A stretch of DNA of 26,644 nucleotides, taken from NCBI GenBank assembly GCA_964594205.1, contig CAZQLR010000004.1:1-26644 (forward strand), read 5' to 3'. Positions 22,060-26,644 of the stretch are shown here, one piece after another (the first letter of the stretch is position 1; every line of letters starts with the position of its first letter). The position numbers and the translations under genes were made by a program. The notes under the pieces were generated by a model. That model saw nothing but the letters and a program-made list of their open reading frames with translations. It did not search any database and was not told where the DNA came from. The stretch is from an uncultured Alphaproteobacteria bacterium. Its GTDB lineage: Bacteria; Pseudomonadota; Alphaproteobacteria; 16-39-46; JAJRRM01.

Positions 22060-22965
22060 ATGATTACGGGGGTTATTATGCCTATAGCAAAGCAAAAGTT
22101 ATATAGTACGTTTTTTATATTAGCCTATCTTTTTGTTGCGCCTTTTTGTTTAGCTGGCCTCCACGATGATCAAGACATACAGCCGTACGAAGCAGCTCCC
22201 TCCCGTGTTCCAGTGCACCCTGTTGCTAGCGCCTCTTACACAAGTAATGATCAATATAACGAAACCGGATGTTGCGGAAAGTGTTCCAGAAAGTCCCAAG
22301 ATTGCTGTTACCAATGTCTTGTACCTTGTTGGGGGCCCATTGTTGCTGGGTTTGAGCCTGGCCGGAGAGAAGCTTTTCGACTTCTTGATATTCAGGATAC
22401 AGACATGGTATTGCTCGACGGCGAAGGAGATGGGCTTGACTTTGCCCAGTTCCCTTCCAGTTTCAACTTAAACAACCTTCATGCCCTAGATTTTTCTTCT
22501 AAAATGGTTAAAAAAGCCAAAGAAAGAGGTCGAATCTTGGGTATCCCTGACCAGAATATAGTTCAAGGTGATGCCCAAGAAATTCCCTATACAACAGAAA
22601 GATTTGACAAAATATTTTTCCCCCTTTCGTTAGCATCTATCCCAAACCCCTCTCTAGCCTTACAAGAAGCAGAAAGAGTTCTAGCGCCTCAAGGTAAAAT
22701 AATCATTATGGAAAAGCTAGTAGATGAGGGACAAAAAGTAACGTGCGGCAGACGATTTTTAAACTTCTTCACCAAGCGCATCTTTGCTGATATAATACGG
22801 GACCTACCAACTATGATGTATGGGCAACCGTTGAAACTGACCCATTATACCTCATTAAATGGCCTGCTTAAGGGGTGTTGGAGTTGTATAGGGAAACATT
22901 ACAAACTTGCTGTACTTGTCAGGGATGCAGATTACCCCTCTGTTCCTGCCGTCCCAGCAAACTAA
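22060..22965 (+). CDS. Class I SAM-dependent methyltransferase (PmtA-like core) with signal-like N-terminus and Cys cluster
   Basis: VLLDGEGDGLD (divergent motif I), ALDFSSKMV, QGDAQEIPY...FDKI, SIPNP..ALQEAERVLAPQGKIIIMEK. Likely start ATG 22078. Confidence 0.8.
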   Translation: MITGVIMPIAKQKLYSTFFILAYLFVAPFCLAGLHDDQDIQPYEAAPSRVPVHPVASASYTSNDQYNETGCCGKCSRKSQDCCYQCLVPCWGPIVAGFEPGRREAFRLLDIQDTDMVLLDGEGDGLDFAQFPSSFNLNNLHALDFSSKMVKKAKERGRILGIPDQNIVQGDAQEIPYTTERFDKIFFPLSLASIPNPSLALQEAERVLAPQGKIIIMEKLVDEGQKVTCGRRFLNFFTKRIFADIIRDLPTMMYGQPLKLTHYTSLNGLLKGCWSCIGKHYKLAVLVRDADYPSVPAVPAN

Positions 22966-23017
22966 AAGATGTAAGCTAATTAGATTTTTAACCTAAGTTG
23001 ATGGGAGGCGTAAGAGC

Positions 23018-23662
23018 ATGTACATCAGCCTTCAAAGAATACTATTAGTGATATCAGTGTTATTCTTAGCAGATAGCGCAGTAGGTATAAAAAATGACGA
23101 ATGCAGCGATGATCTTAGCGTATCCCACGTCTCTTCAACAAGAAGTCAACCAGAAGGTCAGCTTGTCAATGCCCTGAAAATTGAAGAATTAGTGGCATCT
23201 TGTGGGGTCTCTACGTGTTTGAGGGTTTCCATTCCCATTGAAGCACCTGCTGAACTTGTCTTCTCTTTAGTTTCTGATATCCGAGGTAACTCTCTGTTTT
23301 TTCCAACTACAGAATTTCGATTTGATGGTACGTGCCCTATTAAAACGGGTGATCAGTATTTTGCACGCGAAGCTGGCAAACAAGAATGGATAAAGTACCA
23401 ATTTATTGATGTAGAAGAAAATCGTTTGATGAGCGGTGAGCTCAGTGAAAAAAATGGGATGATCAAACGAATGCGATATAACCACGAAATTCTGCCCATT
23501 TCTGATGGCAGATGTCTTTCTCAGGAAACAGTGGAGTATCAGTTGGCCTGTGGATGTCTTGGGAATCTCATTAATCTCGTTGCCTAACCAAAAGTTAAAC
23601 AGATGCTCACCAGAGCCCATATCAAATTAAAAACTGTTGCGGAAACTAACCATAGAAGTTAA
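23018..23662 (+). pseudogene. SRPBCC/START-fold protein with signal peptide, interrupted by an in-frame TAA at 23585-23587
   Basis: SIPIEAPAELVFSLVSD..G...F and G...L.QETVEY fit SRPBCC. The frame continues past the stop as PKVKQMLTRAHIKLKTVAETNHRS*, which looks like the terminal helix. GGAGG SD. Confidence 0.65.
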
Positions 23663-23673
23663 TTGGTGTTTCA

Positions 23674-23910
23674 TTATTTATCCCTCTCTTCTCTATCATC
23701 ATCACGTTTAGCGTGTTTATGATGCATAAAAATGTGCATTAGGGGACACAATAACAAAATTATCAACAGCAAAGCTTGAAGTACGTGCGCTTTATGTTCT
23801 GTTGATATATAAAACGCAGTCAGTAGCAATAAAATAATAATAAATGTTAGACCCTTGCTCATCCACTTATTTCTGGGTTCTCCTGGCTTATGATAACGTT
23901 CATCATCCAT
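23674..23910 (-). CDS. DUF2933-family small membrane protein
   Basis: EHKAHV...LLLCPLMHIFMHHKH signature; family commonly found beside copper ATPases. Confidence 0.85.
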   Translation of the reverse strand: MDDERYHKPGEPRNKWMSKGLTFIIILLLLTAFYISTEHKAHVLQALLLIILLLCPLMHIFMHHKHAKRDDDREERDK

Positions 23911-24012
23911 TGTATTTAACTTGGTTATTAAGTTTATACTTGCTATAAAGCATATTTTATTATTTTAACAAATATCTTCATCTATTTATAATAGCAAAAT
24001 AAAGAGTATTGT

Positions 24013-24176
24013 TTAGGGCTTTACTTTCAGATCTAGTAACCTTTGCCCAGGTTGATCATCAAACCGTCCAGAAATATGCGATATTCCAAAACACCGGCAT
24101 TTATCAAGGCATCCTTCTGTGAGTCTAAAACCTGACTGCCGTCTGCTTTTGAGACACGTGCATATCCAATGAGCAT
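24013..24176 (-). pseudogene. Frameshifted, truncated serine resolvase (Tn5053 TniR/Tn3-family-like); absent from the ORF track
   Basis: Minus strand from ATG 24176 reads MLIGYARVSKADGSQVLDSQKDALINAGV; after a frameshift SGRFDDQPG matches the SG..DDRPGL motif. Stops at 24033 and 24013; AAGGA SD. Confidence 0.85.
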
Positions 24177-24180
24177 TTTC

Positions 24181-25437
24181 TTATCCTTTATATCCTTCAA
24201 ACACATAGGGATTCATAAATTGTCGTTTCCAGAATAGATTACGGTCAACACCTGAAATTTCTGCTTCATCGCAAACTGTGGCCCAGTTGGTCTCTATTAT
24301 TTTGACCTGGTTGTCAATTATATCTCTTGCTTGTGAAATATTAAGGAGAAAGTTATGTGCCGCAGTCTGGCATAGCTGAAGCTGGCTTTCTCTTCTATTT
24401 CCTAAAATTGACATTGCCTGGTTGGAGATATTTCCCGTTCTATTTTGAGGACAGATATCATAGGCAGGTGTGAGTGACAAGCTTTCACCATCCCAATATG
24501 CCGCATGATTCCGCGCATGGTCATCCGTATTACCTACAAGAATATTAAAGACAAGGCGTCCAAACAACTCTTTGAGCATTTTAGGCGCTTCTTTAAAACG
24601 ATGTCTGATAATTTCCGACAAATCTTCATAACTCGCATAGCGTGCCACCATTTCATCTAACCCAAGCAAGGTAAGCGCTGAAACTATGCCTCGCCTTGAC
24701 CATCCTTTCTCTGTTCGTTCGCGATCAAACCGCTCAATAAGTAATACGTCCTTCTTGAGTGATTTTGTTAATGAAACATTCGCTACATCAAGGCCACAGA
24801 GTACCGCTAGACGCATCGCCACATATTCAAGCTTCACGACATTATATATATCTGCCGAGGATGAAAACTTCGCTATATACTTCCTGTTTTTTTCTTCTAT
24901 TAACGCTTTAGGTCGAGCCCCACCTATAGACGTCCCATGGTTCAGAACCTGACTCAGTTCGCCAGAAACTGGCTTCCCCTCTTCAACAAGTTTAGCGGCT
25001 GTTAAGAGTTCTTCCAAGCTAGCTGTGCTCTTTTTCCGTGGTGTGTAGTTTGTTGGTGATACTTGAAAGTCCAACGCGCCTATACGATCTGAACCCGACT
25101 CAAGTAGGTATGTGAGCTCACCTAACTGGGTTGTATCACCATCGCACTTGCCCTGGATCTTATTAATGATAACCCGCCTTCCCCAAGCATCAGGCGACGC
25201 ATCCCGAATACAATTTGGCATTTTGAGACCTGGGATCAACGGCAATTTCCCCTGCTTCAGCGGCAACTCCTTATCATAGATCGCGATGGCGTCGTCTCTA
25301 TTTAGATAGCTTTGACCATAGTTGAAACTAAGAAGTCCGTTGTCTTCTTCTAACTTTCCAGCCACAACGGGGTCTATGGCTCCAGGGAGCCATATCCATA
25401 CATATACTTCCTTGTATTGCTCTGCTTTAGAAATCAT
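24181..25437 (-). CDS. hipA: HipA-family Ser/Thr kinase toxin with N-terminal coupled domain
   Basis: VVAGKL..F.YG.SYL, DASPDAWGRRVI, SIGGARPKA, LLIERFDR, GNTDDHARNH, LTPAYDICP. Confidence 0.92.
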   Translation of the reverse strand: MISKAEQYKEVYVWIWLPGAIDPVVAGKLEEDNGLLSFNYGQSYLNRDDAIAIYDKELPLKQGKLPLIPGLKMPNCIRDASPDAWGRRVIINKIQGKCDGDTTQLGELTYLLESGSDRIGALDFQVSPTNYTPRKKSTASLEELLTAAKLVEEGKPVSGELSQVLNHGTSIGGARPKALIEEKNRKYIAKFSSSADIYNVVKLEYVAMRLAVLCGLDVANVSLTKSLKKDVLLIERFDRERTEKGWSRRGIVSALTLLGLDEMVARYASYEDLSEIIRHRFKEAPKMLKELFGRLVFNILVGNTDDHARNHAAYWDGESLSLTPAYDICPQNRTGNISNQAMSILGNRRESQLQLCQTAAHNFLLNISQARDIIDNQVKIIETNWATVCDEAEISGVDRNLFWKRQFMNPYVFEGYKG

Positions 25438-25765
25438 CTTCCAGTGGCTTTTCTTTCTTTCTTACATATTTAGGCAAAATAGCTATTTTATCTTGAAGTC
25501 TCTCAGTTAAAGTTTCATATTCTTGTGTTTCCTCTCCCAACAGCTTAATCCCAACAATTGCGGCTACTTCAAAAACAAGCCCTATCTCACAGTACATATC
25601 CCCCTTCTCAATCTTATTGAGTGTTGTCCGGCTCATTTTAGCGCGCGCCGCCAAGTCAGACATTGTCATCTTTAGCTCTTTCCTTTTAAGCTTAATAAGG
25701 GCCCCTAAGGCTTCCACAGCCATCTGACCATTCTTTGAATAAGGGCGCTTTCTCTTCATTTGCAT
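25427..25765 (-). CDS. XRE-family HTH antitoxin (HipB-like)
   Basis: LG..IKLKRKELKMTMSDLAARAKMSRTTLNKIEKG; 11-nt overlap with hipA. ATG 25759 has better SD spacing. Confidence 0.88.
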   Translation of the reverse strand: MQMKRKRPYSKNGQMAVEALGALIKLKRKELKMTMSDLAARAKMSRTTLNKIEKGDMYCEIGLVFEVAAIVGIKLLGEETQEYETLTERLQDKIAILPKYVRKKEKPLEDDF

Positions 25766-25790
25766 ATCCTAATGAACCAACAAACTCATG

Positions 25791-25808
25791 TGTCCATTAT
25801 ATAGAACA
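25791..25808. promoter_or_regulatory. Candidate HipB-type operator
   Basis: TGTCC-ATTATATA-GAACA: a 5-8-5 imperfect palindrome like E. coli HipB TATCC-N8-GGATA, just upstream of the HTH gene. Confidence 0.5.
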
Positions 25809-26114
25809 TTTTTTGTATCTTCAAGCTTAAATATCTAACGTTTATACTATCATATTGACAGACGGGGCATGGTCCTAAGACCGGAAAAAACAATCACGGG
25901 CCGGTATCAGAACTTAAAAGAGGGAGGTGACTTCTTAGAGTATACCCTAACCCAACATCCCCCCCCTCCCCTGCCTAAACATGTCAGTTTTAAATTTAAT
26001 GTTTAATAACTTGACACTTTCAAGCTTAGCTCACAGAGTATTTACTGACATATAAATACCTGCCCCAAGCAAACGCTAGGGAAATGGTTAGAAAGAAAGA
26101 TAGAGAACTTTCTC

Positions 26115-26644
26115 ATGAATTTACCCCATTTTAAATACCACCCAGACCCTATAAAAACGGGGGTTGTAGAAAAGAAAGAATTTAAATGCGTATGCTGTGA
26201 AAAATTAAAAAGCTTCTTATATACTGGACCAGTGGGTTCTTTACAGGAAGGTATAGAAGGGAAAATTTGCATTTGGTGTTTGGCAGACGGGTCAGCCGCT
26301 ATAAAATTTGACGCAGAATTTGCATGGGAACTTGATAATGTTAATAACATTAACCCTCTTGCCATAAAGGAATTAACAAGGAAAACTCCAGGATATATAA
26401 GTTGGCAAGATCCAGTTTGGTTGACTCACTGTGATGAGATTTGTGAGTTTCATGGGGATTTCTCAAAAATAGAACTCTTAGAGCATTTTGAAGAACTAAA
26501 AAAATATGCCATGGAAACCCTTAGGTGCAACGAGGACGAAGCAAGGGAAATAGTTTCATACTATGATCCCGAAGAAAATATGAACCCTGCTTTTTATAAA
26601 TTTGTATGCCGTAAGTGTAACAAAATATTACTTCACTCTGATTT
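26115..26644 (+). CDS. CbrC/UPF0167-family protein (3' end outside window; absent from the ORF track)
   Basis: My translation: MNLPHFKYHPDPIKTG...CVCC...ICIWCLADGSAA.KFDAEF...TPGYISWQDPVWLTHCDEICEFHG...YKFVCRKC..ILLHSDF, with no stop before the window edge. Confidence 0.88.
   Translation, partial: MNLPHFKYHPDPIKTGVVEKKEFKCVCCEKLKSFLYTGPVGSLQEGIEGKICIWCLADGSAAIKFDAEFAWELDNVNNINPLAIKELTRKTPGYISWQDPVWLTHCDEICEFHGDFSKIELLEHFEELKKYAMETLRCNEDEAREIVSYYDPEENMNPAFYKFVCRKCNKILLHSD

Larger units (their letters stand above)
1..26644. mobile_element. Segment of a conjugative/mobilisable element (RAGE-like ICE or plasmid) with metal-resistance cargo; ends not visible
   Basis: Coupling protein, MOBQ relaxase, oriT nic motif, TraC/D(Ti)-like genes, two TA systems, resolvase remnant and metal genes co-occur. 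No integrase, att site or replicon is in the window. Confidence 0.8.

Noticed and set aside
22060-22965. Mercury methylation (hgcAB) role for the methyltransferase
   Set aside because: HgcA is a corrinoid protein with an N(V/I)WCA motif paired with a ferredoxin; neither is present.
25820-26028. 10-bp direct repeat TTCAAGCTTA (25820 and 26019) as a target-site duplication around a 45-codon ORF (MVLRPEK...HPPPPLP...)
   Set aside because: A short AT-rich match is plausible by chance, there are no terminal IRs, and the ORF has no recognisable similarity.
26042-26365. 107-aa minus-strand ORF
   Set aside because: Antisense to the clearly recognisable CbrC-family gene.
1-26644. CRISPR array, tRNA/rRNA, intact transposase or integrase, att sites
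   Set aside because: No regularly spaced repeats, cloverleaf or DDE/tyrosine-recombinase motifs were seen by eye; a tool-based scan was not possible.

Overview
The window looks like part of a conjugative or mobilisable element carrying a heavy-metal resistance block. The left part (1-11.2 kb) is a hybrid transfer region: the 3' part of an F-type TraD/TrwB coupling-protein gene, an unknown secreted protein, an AbiEi/AbiEii type IV toxin-antitoxin pair, a 1726-aa Ti-type MOBQ relaxase-helicase-primase (TraA), a MOBQ oriT and small TraC/TraD(Ti)-like genes. This layout resembles the RAGE-type elements of Rickettsiales and related protist-associated bacteria; the host assignment is inference only. 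The metal block (about 11.4-24.0 kb) lies between two broken genes, a truncated DEDDh exonuclease and a frameshifted serine-resolvase remnant missing from the ORF track. It holds a split, convergent mer regulon (merR-merT-merP >< merA) with two matching 20-bp-spacer MerR operators, and a copper cluster (DUF2231, P1B ATPase, multicopper oxidase with a beta-barrel-like tail, EamA, APC permease, DUF2933). The right end has an HTH-HipA pair and a CbrC-family gene running off the window. The most unusual signal is the MerA. It lacks NmerA, carries a Sec-signal-like N-terminus with a second internal start, and has a 56-aa C-terminal extension with a second Cys-Cys pair ending in -SKL. A SAM methyltransferase and an SRPBCC protein in the same block also carry signal peptides and Cys clusters, which suggests an exported metal-detoxification module. 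All family calls come from motif recognition by eye; no searches were run.
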